A DNA stretch of 32,000 bases from Candidatus Fokinia solitaria (GCF_003072485.1 NZ_CP025989.1:510001-542000); one strand, 5' to 3'. Numbered from the stretch's first letter, positions 10,071 to 19,279 are shown. Numbers and translations: made by a program. The notes: a model not told the origin generated them from the letters alone.

Positions 10071-11399
10071 GTGTCTTTACTTCGTTTCATTCAAAAAAAA
10101 CTCGCAAAACATATCGCGTCTCTTATTCTTTCTTTACCGGAAAAAATGGCGAAAAATGGTTTTTATTTGCAGTTACAGGTATTTGCTACAAGTGCTATAG
10201 CATTCTTGATATTACCGGTATTTTTAAAGATACAAGCGCCGTTTCCAATTCTGCAATTCGTAGCAGGAATGGCAATGCTTTCAATATATTTCTGCGAAAG
10301 ATATCTCCAATTTATTCCTTCCGTTTACAGAGGTATCTACTACTATATCGTGCTTGCGTTCTCTATTTCTTTCGTGCAGTTCTTCCTGTTCTTCAAATCT
10401 CTCTTAGGAATGCATTATCTGCTCAATACAGCACTTGTACTACTACTACTTAGCTTATTTTTCTCATATATAGAATTTGCTCTTCTTACAGTGCCAAGCT
10501 TTTTTATAGCTTTATTCATATCGATGCCTATTCCGTTTAGCGATGATGGCTTTTCTCAGCTCACATGGGAATTAGAAAATTATAGAGAACACGGATTTCT
10601 ACTCGTAGCGGTATCATCCTTCTTACTCGTACTATATCAATACTTAACTACTCTTGCAGAAAAAGTTATCAACAAAAGGGAAATGATAGAATCTAAAGTA
10701 CTAGGCTTTGCAATAGCACATGAAGTAAAATCACCAATATCAACACTAAAAATGTTACTGAGTACACTTCAGACAACTATAAATAAAGCAAGACGCGGTA
10801 ATACTTTGGCATTGAAAGGCATTGATGTAGAATTTGTATGCGATAGGGTATTACCACACATGGAGGCATACTTAATAGAAGTATCGAATATCGTTAGCTC
10901 TTTATTGCAATGTATAAAAATCTCCAAAACACAAGAGAATCAAATATCTACTAGGCTTTCATTTGTTGATACCGTAATAAAAAGCTTAAGAGTATTGTAT
11001 CATGACAAGCCTAATATTAAGTTCGAAATTATCGAAGATTTTCAATATAGCTCCCCTACAGGATTGCTGAAATCTATCCTGAACAATATAGTACAAAATG
11101 CCCTTGTACACGGTGGAAGGGAAGATATAGAAATTATAATCGAAGTGCAAAAATACAATGTCACTGTCTCGAATAATGGTGTATCTATAAAATCTAGTGC
11201 GCTGACTCAGCTATTCTCAGTAATGACCCGTAAAGTCAATTCTCCTACTGCACAGCATGGAATAGGATTGGCATTCTGTAAAAAAATATGCAATATGCTT
11301 GGAATCACAATATCATGCACTTCAGATAAAGAGAGAACTAGCTTCTTTTTAAATTTTCCTCATATTGAAGACAAAAGTGAGAGAGAAGCTATTTTCTGA
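10071..11399 (+). CDS. Membrane sensor histidine kinase (orphan; start uncertain, GTG 10071 or ATG 10146)
   Basis: The N-terminal half is strongly hydrophobic, with several predicted TM helices. H-box FAIAHEVKSPISTL, N-box LNNIVQNALVHG, G2-like QHGIGLAFCKKI. No response regulator lies adjacent. Confidence 0.8.
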   Translation: MSLLRFIQKKLAKHIASLILSLPEKMAKNGFYLQLQVFATSAIAFLILPVFLKIQAPFPILQFVAGMAMLSIYFCERYLQFIPSVYRGIYYYIVLAFSISFVQFFLFFKSLLGMHYLLNTALVLLLLSLFFSYIEFALLTVPSFFIALFISMPIPFSDDGFSQLTWELENYREHGFLLVAVSSFLLVLYQYLTTLAEKVINKREMIESKVLGFAIAHEVKSPISTLKMLLSTLQTTINKARRGNTLALKGIDVEFVCDRVLPHMEAYLIEVSNIVSSLLQCIKISKTQENQISTRLSFVDTVIKSLRVLYHDKPNIKFEIIEDFQYSSPTGLLKSILNNIVQNALVHGGREDIEIIIEVQKYNVTVSNNGVSIKSSALTQLFSVMTRKVNSPTAQHGIGLAFCKKICNMLGITISCTSDKERTSFFLNFPHIEDKSEREAIF

Positions 11400-11431
11400 T
11401 ATAGCGCTAAAATTCACATTTTTTACAAGTT

Positions 11432-12856
11432 CTAGTTAATTTTCAATCCAATATAAAGCCTGCCTTCCTTAGCTATTACAATCTTTACATATTTCTGTCC
11501 TTTCTTTTTAGCGTTAGCAATGGCTTTCTCAAAATCACTTACCGAGGTTATCTTACTGCCATCAACCTCTACTATTACGTAACCTACTACAGGCTTTTGA
11601 GTATCTCCAAGAATAGAATCTTCTACAATGTCAACAATCACAAGGCCGTACGTAATGGTAGAAGGAATATGGTATAAATCCTTTAATTCTTGCGTAATTG
11701 GCTTAACATATGCACCTATTTCAAGTTTTATACTCTTCTTCTTAGCTGATTTGCCGTATGTTTCTTCTCGTACGTCTTCTTCCGTATCAAGCTTTTTCTC
11801 TACTCCGACATTTAGCATCATAGAATCGCCATTTCTGATAATCTTTACAGGTAATTTAATTCCTACCTCACTTTCGCGTATAATTTTAGCAAGTTGCGCA
11901 GTATTACTTACAACTTGTCCATTTACTTCAAGTATCACATCACCAGCTTTGATACCGTCTCTCTGCGCTATAGAACCTGGCGCTACATCTGTTACCAGCA
12001 CACCACTCATTTCATCTCGCAATTGTAAAGATTTCGCAACGTCTTCATCTAATGCTTGTAACCATACACCCCAGTATCCTCTTTCTACCTTTCCTGTTTT
12101 AATAAGCTGAAGTGCGATCTTTTCAACACTATCGCCTTGTATACCGAAAGATATACCAGAAAAAGCTGGAGAATTTGGGAAAGTAGTAATGAATGCTAGC
12201 ATTCCTATGACATCACCATACACATTACACATTGCACCTCCTGAACTTCCTCTATTCGCTGACATATCAGTTTGTATATAACCATCACGCCCTATATCAG
12301 AAATTACTCCACTCGTGAATGACCATGAAAGCGCCATAGGAGAAGAAAATGCTACTACTGTCTGCCCTACTTTCACCTTGCTAAAATTAGCGAACTTTAA
12401 GTATGGCAAATTTGACTCTTTTATCTTTACAACTGCAATATCACTCATTTCATCATACCCTATAACTTTCGCATCAACTCTTCTGACTCTATCATTACTT
12501 CTCAGAAGAATACTTACTTTACTCGCATCTTTAATTACATGTGCACACGTAACTATATATCCATCGGCAGATATTATAAATCCAGAACCAAAGCCTAGTA
12601 CTTTCTTACGAGATGGCATCCCTTCTTTCATGTACTTCTCAAATTCTCGAAATAACTCATCAGCTTCCATTACTGGCTCTTTACCAGTATAATATGCTCT
12701 CACTTCTACAGTAGCGGGGAGTATTTTTTCCGCTACATAACTTAAATCATGCTGAGACTGCACAGTAGTACCTCCTTCATTTCCATATGCTTTTACGCAT
12801 GAAGTAAATAAAACAAAAGATACGATAAAAGACGCGATAAATTTAACGTAATACAT
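11432..12856 (-). CDS. htrA: Periplasmic serine protease HtrA/DegP family with two PDZ domains (474 aa)
   Basis: Signal peptide MYYVKFIASFIVSFVLFTSCVKAYG. Catalytic triad contexts TCAHV, DIAVVKI and RGSSGGAM. Two PDZ-like segments (GVLVTDVAPGSIAQRDGIKAGDVILEVNG and GYVIVEVDGSKI). Confidence 0.93.
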   Translation of the reverse strand: MYYVKFIASFIVSFVLFTSCVKAYGNEGGTTVQSQHDLSYVAEKILPATVEVRAYYTGKEPVMEADELFREFEKYMKEGMPSRKKVLGFGSGFIISADGYIVTCAHVIKDASKVSILLRSNDRVRRVDAKVIGYDEMSDIAVVKIKESNLPYLKFANFSKVKVGQTVVAFSSPMALSWSFTSGVISDIGRDGYIQTDMSANRGSSGGAMCNVYGDVIGMLAFITTFPNSPAFSGISFGIQGDSVEKIALQLIKTGKVERGYWGVWLQALDEDVAKSLQLRDEMSGVLVTDVAPGSIAQRDGIKAGDVILEVNGQVVSNTAQLAKIIRESEVGIKLPVKIIRNGDSMMLNVGVEKKLDTEEDVREETYGKSAKKKSIKLEIGAYVKPITQELKDLYHIPSTITYGLVIVDIVEDSILGDTQKPVVGYVIVEVDGSKITSVSDFEKAIANAKKKGQKYVKIVIAKEGRLYIGLKIN

Positions 12857-12947
12857 AAGTTAATAATTATTAATTTCGTAACCAAAATACCAGAATGTGG
12901 GGATTGTATAACCTCATATCATATAATGCAATAACATAGACATCTAT

Positions 12948-14072
12948 CTAAAAATACCAATTTACCCCTCCAATAAAGGAGAAAACAAATTCTTTTGTAC
13001 CTATCTTTAAGTTGCTAAAATCATATACACTATCATTAAGAGAAGAAAGGGTTGTCACCTGACTAATTTGAGTACATTTAGTAGTATTTCCAGTAATACG
13101 ACTAATTGCCGATGATGTAGTGGTGCCAGAATTGTAGAAAGAATTTGCTGCAGTACTTCCTGACGCATCTCCGATAGTACTCTGTTTGACAATAGAACCA
13201 AAGTAATCACTTCCTAGCACCGACTGCTGCGAATCAAGGAAATTTCCCCATACTCCTAAGTATAAACCAATTCTTTTCCACAGATAACCGACTCCAAGTT
13301 CCACACCTGGAGAAAAGAACATATTTCTATATGTTGTACCAAATCCTATCGCTGATTCTATAGAAGTAACACTTGTGCTTTGCACATATGCGGCACTAAC
13401 TGGAGTCGCACATGCATTATCACTATAAGCAGCACCGTATGCTGATACTAAACTCCAATTATCTGCTATAGATAGATCTAATTTCACTTGGCTACCAAAT
13501 GCATAAGCTTTTAAGTAGCAATATGCGCCATGCAATGATGGAAAATAGTATTGATATTGCAAAAATCCGCCCATATTCAACCTATTTACTGTGAGAGCGG
13601 TAACTGTAACGTCATCCGATGAAGTAGTAGTACTACTACTGCTACTACTTGAAGAGGTATTATTATCGCTTGCTGTAATGCTATAGCCAATCACTAATCC
13701 ACATGAAACGACATCGCTATCCTGTGCATATACATTATATCCTACCTGCGCAAAAACACTATTACTTCTAACATTTTCTGCTAGCGATACTATATTAATT
13801 CCTCCTTGTGCATTACCGTTTAGCGCATGAGGCACTATAGGCACAGCAGAAGTTAGCGCAAAGTTTCTTGAAATTCCTCCAGATATTCCGAAGAATGTTC
13901 TTTTAAGAAGCGAAGCATCAAAAGTTACGCTTTCTTTTCGAAACAAAGCTTGATTCGCATCTTGCTGCTTATTCAAAGCATCTGCATAATTCTGAATAAG
14001 CTGTATATCATCTGCATTAGCGGTAGAAAGCGCAACACACAACGGTATTATGATGCAAAAAATACCACGCAT
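12948..14072 (-). CDS. Outer-membrane beta-barrel protein (porin or surface-antigen-like) with a Ser/Thr-rich loop
   Basis: Signal peptide MRGIFCIIIPLCVALSTANA, alternating hydrophobic/polar beta-strand patterning with many G/Y/S residues, and an aromatic C-terminus ...GGVNWYF typical of OMP sorting signals. The track ORF starts at TTG 14075, with ATG one codon later (14072). Confidence 0.6.
   Translation of the reverse strand: MRGIFCIIIPLCVALSTANADDIQLIQNYADALNKQQDANQALFRKESVTFDASLLKRTFFGISGGISRNFALTSAVPIVPHALNGNAQGGINIVSLAENVRSNSVFAQVGYNVYAQDSDVVSCGLVIGYSITASDNNTSSSSSSSSTTTSSDDVTVTALTVNRLNMGGFLQYQYYFPSLHGAYCYLKAYAFGSQVKLDLSIADNWSLVSAYGAAYSDNACATPVSAAYVQSTSVTSIESAIGFGTTYRNMFFSPGVELGVGYLWKRIGLYLGVWGNFLDSQQSVLGSDYFGSIVKQSTIGDASGSTAANSFYNSGTTTSSAISRITGNTTKCTQISQVTTLSSLNDSVYDFSNLKIGTKEFVFSFIGGVNWYF
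13617..13658 (-). repeat. Near-perfect trinucleotide tract encoding TSSSSSSSSTTTSS in the OMP gene
   Basis: Minus-strand codons are acc tct tca (agt)2 agc (agt)3 (act)3 tca tcg. The tract sits in a predicted surface loop of the beta-barrel protein. Confidence 0.8.
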
Positions 14073-14130
14073 CAAATATCTTTACACGCATTTATGACAA
14101 TAGTGACATCCACAAACTCAATATGCAATA

Positions 14131-14976
14131 TTATTTGTCGTTTATCTCGAATTTAGCTACAAAATCTTTCAGCATTAAGGCTATTTGCTGCAATGTAGCA
14201 TTGCGCACTATAACTACAGATGGAATACAAAAATGAAAACTGTAAGAAATTGCCAAAGCAATACTCCACAAAGCAGCATCTTGATCGAGAGGTGCAGTTT
14301 TCATCGAAGTAACTAACAACGGCACTTGCGCACGTAGCATCTCGTTTCGTAATTGACTAATCTGTAACGAAGCATCGCCATCAGCAATAAGTAATACTTC
14401 AGAAACATTCCATCTTGCTGGTATAGAAGAATCATGCAGAAGTATTGTCATTCGCTTATTTTGAAAAGAACAAAAATAAGATATCTGCGAATCTGTTTGT
14501 GAATCTATAGAAATTCTTTCTAGTTCATTCAAAAGGTGAAATGATTTGGTGCGAAGTTTATATATACCACATGTCTTCTCTATTTCTTTAGTAAGGAAGC
14601 GAACTGCGTTTTGATTAAGAATATGCGTCATCTGCAATGATACATTACCGCAGTATATTGTTTCAAATAGCTTTTTGATTTCTAAAAGTACAGCTTCTTT
14701 TAAAATAGTTGTTCCAGTCAGCTTTGCTGCAGAATTCCACATTTCATCAGATATTTGCAAATCTGATATAAATTCTCTCAGCGATCTTCCGCACACTTTG
14801 GTATAGCTATCAGCAACTCCTAGCTTATGTAAAGCAATTGAATATCCAAACTCTCTATACCTTGCAACGATTACATTGGCCATAATGGATGCATCGCAAT
14901 ACAGCATCATCGTGTCTATTTTCGATAAAGCATATAAATTCGTCCTTATAGAAGATAAGTTTTTGTTATCTAGCAT
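14131..14976 (-). CDS. Hypothetical protein; weak collinear similarity to the N-terminal third of 2-oxoglutarate dehydrogenase E1 (SucA), probably a truncated degenerate relic
   Basis: By-eye alignment to E. coli SucA (recalled from memory). IVARYREFGYSIALHKLGV vs INAYRFRGHQHANLDPLGL. ETIYCGNVSLQMTHI vs QTYCGPIGAEYMHI, with similar spacing to the first motif (72 vs 68 aa). RFLTKEIE vs RWIQQRIE. NKRMTILLHDSSIPA vs AKRFSLEGGDALIP. EVLLIADGDASLQIS vs EVVLGMAHRGRLNVL. The ORF stops before the ThDP-binding region. ATG at 14976 lies 2 nt after the plsY stop. Confidence 0.4.
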   Translation of the reverse strand: MLDNKNLSSIRTNLYALSKIDTMMLYCDASIMANVIVARYREFGYSIALHKLGVADSYTKVCGRSLREFISDLQISDEMWNSAAKLTGTTILKEAVLLEIKKLFETIYCGNVSLQMTHILNQNAVRFLTKEIEKTCGIYKLRTKSFHLLNELERISIDSQTDSQISYFCSFQNKRMTILLHDSSIPARWNVSEVLLIADGDASLQISQLRNEMLRAQVPLLVTSMKTAPLDQDAALWSIALAISYSFHFCIPSVVIVRNATLQQIALMLKDFVAKFEINDK

Positions 14977-14978
14977 AC

Positions 14979-15569
14979 TTAACGTATAAAATTTCTCTTA
15001 TGTGCAAAAGTAATCATTTGAAAAGAAAATGTGAAGATTATACAAGCGATAACGGCGAAAATACCGCTTTCACATTTTATTATATGCATATACATAGCCC
15101 ATACCATACATAATGACGATAAAGCTACATTTCTTATTAACAGAAAAACATTCAACCATACAACTACGCCAAGTAACGCTGAAAGAGGAGAGAGTCCAAG
15201 CACTACACCTAAAGCAGTAGCTACTCCTTTACCTCCACGATACACAATAAGTGGTCTTATATGCCCTATGATAGAAAGCGCACCACACATCAACATCATA
15301 CTGAATTTACTGAATAGCACATTACTTACGTACATGTTTTGAAATAGATAATATATACCGTAAACTGCGACAAGTCCTTTACTACAATCTAAGAAAAGAG
15401 TGAAAGCCGCAGGTATATATCCACCTGCTCTGTATACGTTAGTTGCGCCTATATTACCAGAACCTACATTACGCAAATTCTCAAGTCCAAAAAGAGTTTC
15501 TATCACCTTGCCAAAACATATAGAACCTATGAGATAGCAAGCAATGCAATATAAAAAATATATCTTCAT
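14979..15569 (-). CDS. plsY: Glycerol-3-phosphate acyltransferase PlsY (196 aa)
   Basis: Signature GSGNIGATNVYRAGG, a later GGKGVAT motif, a polytopic hydrophobic profile and typical size. Confidence 0.9.
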   Translation of the reverse strand: MKIYFLYCIACYLIGSICFGKVIETLFGLENLRNVGSGNIGATNVYRAGGYIPAAFTLFLDCSKGLVAVYGIYYLFQNMYVSNVLFSKFSMMLMCGALSIIGHIRPLIVYRGGKGVATALGVVLGLSPLSALLGVVVWLNVFLLIRNVALSSLCMVWAMYMHIIKCESGIFAVIACIIFTFSFQMITFAHKRNFIR

Positions 15570-15586
15570 TTATCGTATAATAAACG

Positions 15587-16501
15587 TTAAATCTTCGATT
15601 TTGGACTAAATAGCATAACAATAGGGGCAGATATAAAAATAGAAGAATACGTCCCGAATGCTATTCCGAATGTTGTAATATAACTAAAACTCTTAAGCTT
15701 CTCATCGCCAAAAATCAGTAGCACAATACATACGAGTATAGTACTAGCAACTGTCATTGTAGTACGAGAAAGAGTTTGATTAATACTAGCATTAATAGTC
15801 TCAGAGAGAGGTGCACTATCATCTTTTGAGTTCTCTCTTATTCTGTCGTATATCACAACACTATCGTTAATAGAATATCCTATTACCGTTAACAATGCTG
15901 CTATTGACGCGCTATCGAACTCATATTGAAAAGTGGCGCAAAATCCAATTGTGACAATAGCATCATGCATAAGACTGATTAACACTCCAATCGCAAATTC
16001 CATCTTAAATCTGAACCATGTGTATATCATAATACCGAGAAGCGCCGCGATAATAGCGAAATAACTTCTGTGTAATAGCTCATTTCCAAGCTTTGGTCCG
16101 ATGTACTGCATACTCTCTATAGCCGGAGTATACTCTACTAAGCCATCAAGCACCATTTTACTTAAATCCTTCACATTGTGTCCATCAGCGCTTCCTACTC
16201 GAATGATAAAAAGCTCTCTACCATTGATATAGTGATTTTGAACTTTCTTCACTTCGTTTAAATTCTTTACAAACAACTTCAATTTTTGCTCTAAGACGTC
16301 CCTACTTACTTGATCATTTACAGTCAGCTCCATCACGATGCCGCCAGTAAAATCTACGCCATAATTCAGACCTTTATGAAGAAAAACAAAAACTGAATAA
16401 GTTGTAAGTATGATACTTAAGAATGCTGTCCAACGAAAATGGCGGACAAAATTAATATTTATCCTATTACTCATATTTATAACAATTACCTTCGGATTCA
16501 T
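15587..16501 (-). CDS. secF: Protein translocase subunit SecF (304 aa)
   Basis: GLNYGVDFTGGIVMELT near the N-terminus, six-TM SecD/F core (IGYSINDSVVIYDRIREN, SRTTMTVASTILV). No secD adjacent. Confidence 0.92.
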   Translation of the reverse strand: MNPKVIVINMSNRININFVRHFRWTAFLSIILTTYSVFVFLHKGLNYGVDFTGGIVMELTVNDQVSRDVLEQKLKLFVKNLNEVKKVQNHYINGRELFIIRVGSADGHNVKDLSKMVLDGLVEYTPAIESMQYIGPKLGNELLHRSYFAIIAALLGIMIYTWFRFKMEFAIGVLISLMHDAIVTIGFCATFQYEFDSASIAALLTVIGYSINDSVVIYDRIRENSKDDSAPLSETINASINQTLSRTTMTVASTILVCIVLLIFGDEKLKSFSYITTFGIAFGTYSSIFISAPIVMLFSPKSKI

Positions 16502-16703
16502 CTTAGTAATTTGGATACTTGTAACGCAATTGAAAACTGCTTGTTTTTTTTCGCTACCACATACTACAAGCGCTTAAGATAACAAATGCAGCATGTAAAG
16601 CACTATCTCAGTACAAAAGAATATCTAAAATTTAGTCATGAAATCTTTCATTTCTTGACTAATACATCATTTTTCTTATTCTCTAGTTATATACACTGCG
16701 ATA

Positions 16704-17378
16704 ATGAAAATGAAGTTGATAATTGCCAATCTTTTCGTAGCAACTGTCTTTACTATGAGTACAGCACACGCCGAAGTTGAGGATATGCAAAGTCCTCCGG
16801 TAGATAACTCGAGTAACGCAACTACAGAACCTACTACGCAATCTGCACAGCCAAGCGTAGTAGCTGCGCCAGTTCAATCCGAAAAGATAAGTGACAGTGC
16901 TAATACATCAATCGCGTCAGCAACGCAGTACGAGCAAAATACTCAAGACGTTGATAAGGTACGCATTATAGCGCATCACCAAAACTGGAAATTTATCTCA
17001 TCAAAGAAAGGACGTTTCATTACTGGTATTGAAGATAATCCTCTCGATGGTACCGCATACATCGCACTGGAAAAACGAAAAAATGGCAAATTTTCCGTAT
17101 CTATATGCAGTAATCATGAAATTGAAGCTGAGAAAAATGCAAGCATAACAGTAAATAATAAATCATTTGTGCTATTTAACGGTGATAACAATCACTGCGC
17201 TACTAGTTATGACAAAGAACAAGATGAAGCAATTATCTCAAATATGTTAGCAAGTAGCGCAACTTTAGAACCGACTGCGACATTAAGCTTTCTTACTGTA
17301 GATTCTCAAGCTGTTGAAGTATCAATACCACTTAGAAGTTTTAAACGTGTATACGATATTGCAAAAAGAATTTCGTAA
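16704..17378 (+). CDS. Secreted or periplasmic protein of unknown function (possibly IalB-like fold)
   Basis: Cleavable signal peptide MKMKLIIANLFVATVFTMSTAHA, a low-complexity P/S/T/Q linker, then a ~130-aa domain with W...C...C and a terminal ...VEVSIPLRSFKRVYD, loosely reminiscent of invasion-associated locus B proteins. The family call is tentative. Confidence 0.5.
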   Translation: MKMKLIIANLFVATVFTMSTAHAEVEDMQSPPVDNSSNATTEPTTQSAQPSVVAAPVQSEKISDSANTSIASATQYEQNTQDVDKVRIIAHHQNWKFISSKKGRFITGIEDNPLDGTAYIALEKRKNGKFSVSICSNHEIEAEKNASITVNNKSFVLFNGDNNHCATSYDKEQDEAIISNMLASSATLEPTATLSFLTVDSQAVEVSIPLRSFKRVYDIAKRIS

Positions 17379-17396
17379 TAATTTAATAGAAATCAA

Positions 17397-18707
17397 GTGA
17401 AAATCTTCGAAAATTTGCAGAATTTACAAAATTTCCAAGACTCTTTTAGAAAGAAAATAACAAAAAATAGAGCTGTATTGATCAGAGTGGATTTTAATAT
17501 GCCAACTGATCAAAATGGAAATATCACAAGCTTTCAAAGATTGGAAAAAGCGCAAGAAACGATCAACTTCGTTCTTAAATGCAGCGGCATTCCTATACTT
17601 TTAGCGCATCTTGGAGAAAAAGGCGCAAAATTTTCTGCGTATATTGAGCAAATTAATGCATATCTTCGTAATAGAGGATTTCATACGATTCACTTAGTTA
17701 GCGATGAAAGCTGCTTTACTAGTATGATAAAAGCATTGCAAAGACTTCTTTCAGCGACAGAAGAAACAGAAGGAAAGGTATTTCTTATTGAAAATATAAG
17801 ACTGTATAGCGAAGAAAAAGAGAATTCGCACAAAGCTGCTCAAATGTTAATTTCGGAAATTTCTGAATTCTATATTAACGAAGCGTTTTCATGCTGCCAT
17901 AGATCGCATATGTCGATGTCTGCATTGCCGATGCATACCATACACAAATTTTGCGGTATTCGTTTCATGCAAGAACTAAAAGCGATACTACCTCTTACAA
18001 AGACGAATTTTGACGATACCACAGTTATTCTCGGCGGCGCAAAAATATCTACAAAATTACCGCTAATAAAATTCATGACTGGTAAGGTGAAGAACATTAT
18101 AGTATCTGGCGGTATCGCAAATACAATTCTAAAATATGGACTAAACTACAATATAAGCTCCTCCCTGATAGAAATAGATGCGAAGTCAGATGTGGATAAT
18201 TTGATGTATGATAAAAAGTGCAAAATCATTTCCATCGATTCTTATGAGAAAGATTCTCAAATGACGCAAATTCTATTACCATCGGATTTCCGTATCTCAG
18301 AAGATGTAAGAAAAGAATCAGAGGCATTACAGCTTAAAATACAAGAATTAAATACTACAAAGCACTCATTCTCCATCTGCGATATAGGAAATGCTACAGT
18401 TTTAGCGATGAACAATATATTACAAGAACAAAAAATTGTAATATGGAACGGCCCCTTAGGAGTATACGAAGATAAAAGATTTAAACAAGGCACTGATCGC
18501 ACCCTTCAGATGTTATCGAAATTTACTAAAAATGGCGTTATCAAAAGTTTCATAGGTGGAGGAGATACGATAGCGTGTATCGAAAATCAGAGTGAAGTCA
18601 ATATCACGCATATATCAGATGGAGGAGGATCGTTTATTGCACTTCTTAGCGGTGATTCTCTACCAGGATTAAACAGTATGCTAAGTACGAATTCACATCT
18701 AAAATAA
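17397..18707 (+). CDS. pgk: Phosphoglycerate kinase, divergent (436 aa, GTG start)
   Basis: Collinear PGK motifs: RVDFNMP, NIRLYSEEKEN, YINEAFSCCHRSH, GGAKISTKLPLI, IIVSGGIANT, DIGNAT, WNGPLGVYE, GGGDT, HISDGGGSFIALLSGDSLPGL. Confidence 0.9.
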   Translation: MKIFENLQNLQNFQDSFRKKITKNRAVLIRVDFNMPTDQNGNITSFQRLEKAQETINFVLKCSGIPILLAHLGEKGAKFSAYIEQINAYLRNRGFHTIHLVSDESCFTSMIKALQRLLSATEETEGKVFLIENIRLYSEEKENSHKAAQMLISEISEFYINEAFSCCHRSHMSMSALPMHTIHKFCGIRFMQELKAILPLTKTNFDDTTVILGGAKISTKLPLIKFMTGKVKNIIVSGGIANTILKYGLNYNISSSLIEIDAKSDVDNLMYDKKCKIISIDSYEKDSQMTQILLPSDFRISEDVRKESEALQLKIQELNTTKHSFSICDIGNATVLAMNNILQEQKIVIWNGPLGVYEDKRFKQGTDRTLQMLSKFTKNGVIKSFIGGGDTIACIENQSEVNITHISDGGGSFIALLSGDSLPGLNSMLSTNSHLK

Positions 18708-18709
18708 GC

Positions 18710-19279
18710 TTATACGTCATCTTTCATTTTCAACGAATCTAAGTCAGACTGACTACATATTCCTAAAAGTACTGGATCTTTCGGCTCCAACTCTTCGTAA
18801 TTCCAATGAGTTTTAGCTCTGATAGAATCGACTAATTTCTCCGTCGTACCAAGTATTTTTGCTATTTCCTTAGAATTGACCGTCGTAAATCTATTAATTA
18901 CCCATAATATGGCATTTGCTTTCTCTCTTCTTAATGCTACCGGAGTGTATTTTCTCGTTTTATTCTTTGCAAAAAGCACTCCTTTCATAATTTCAGACAT
19001 TCTCAAAGTGCTTTTAGCGTCATCCTCGCACCTCTTAATCTCTTCCGCGGTAAGCTGTCCTACGCTAATAGGGCTTATAGGGGTAATTTTATGCCCTAAC
19101 TCATCATCCGCCATAGCCTGCACCTCTAAGAGATGTAATTTACAGAAAGTGGCAATTTGCGTAAAAGTAAGTTTTGTATTAAGAATCAACCACATAGCAG
19201 TAGCTTTTGGCATGACGGGCTTTGCGTTAAAGTCGATAACTTTCTTTTTTACAGCCATTAAATTCTCGTAATTATTCAC
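18710..19279 (-). CDS. DUF1013-family protein (alphaproteobacteria-specific, HTH-containing; start may be internal, e.g. Met23 at 19213)
   Basis: MPKATAMWLILNTKLTFTQIATFCKLHLLEVQAMADDE..., KYTPVALRREKANAILWV..., IAKILGTTEKLVDSIRAKTHWN..., PKDPVLLGICSQSDLDSL. This matches the DUF1013 consensus as I recall it from Rickettsia and Caulobacter homologs. Confidence 0.85.
   Translation of the reverse strand: MNNYENLMAVKKKVIDFNAKPVMPKATAMWLILNTKLTFTQIATFCKLHLLEVQAMADDELGHKITPISPISVGQLTAEEIKRCEDDAKSTLRMSEIMKGVLFAKNKTRKYTPVALRREKANAILWVINRFTTVNSKEIAKILGTTEKLVDSIRAKTHWNYEELEPKDPVLLGICSQSDLDSLKMKDDV

Noticed and set aside
9989-10090. 34-codon N-terminal extension of the frr ORF
   Set aside because: Frr homology begins at the internal Met (MLSVEEIS...). 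The extension has no counterpart, and its last 20 nt would overlap the divergent histidine-kinase ORF if that starts at GTG 10071.
11628-12692. Plus-strand ORFs of 160 aa and 125 aa (11628-12110, 12315-12692) inside htrA
   Set aside because: They are antisense to a full-length HtrA with intact triad and PDZ domains. The same low-complexity antisense signature applies.
15031-15342. 103-aa plus-strand ORF inside plsY
   Set aside because: It is antisense to plsY, which carries its diagnostic GSGNIGATN motif.
16586-16877. Two 64-aa ORFs (16586-16780 +, 16683-16877 -) around the secF / secreted-protein divergent region
   Set aside because: They overlap the start of the signal-peptide-bearing ORF at 16704 or lie in its antisense. 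No motifs are present.
17870-19271. Antisense ORFs within pgk (17870-18097, 18257-18502) and within the DUF1013 gene (18876-19271)
   Set aside because: They are embedded opposite well-supported genes and have low-complexity translations.
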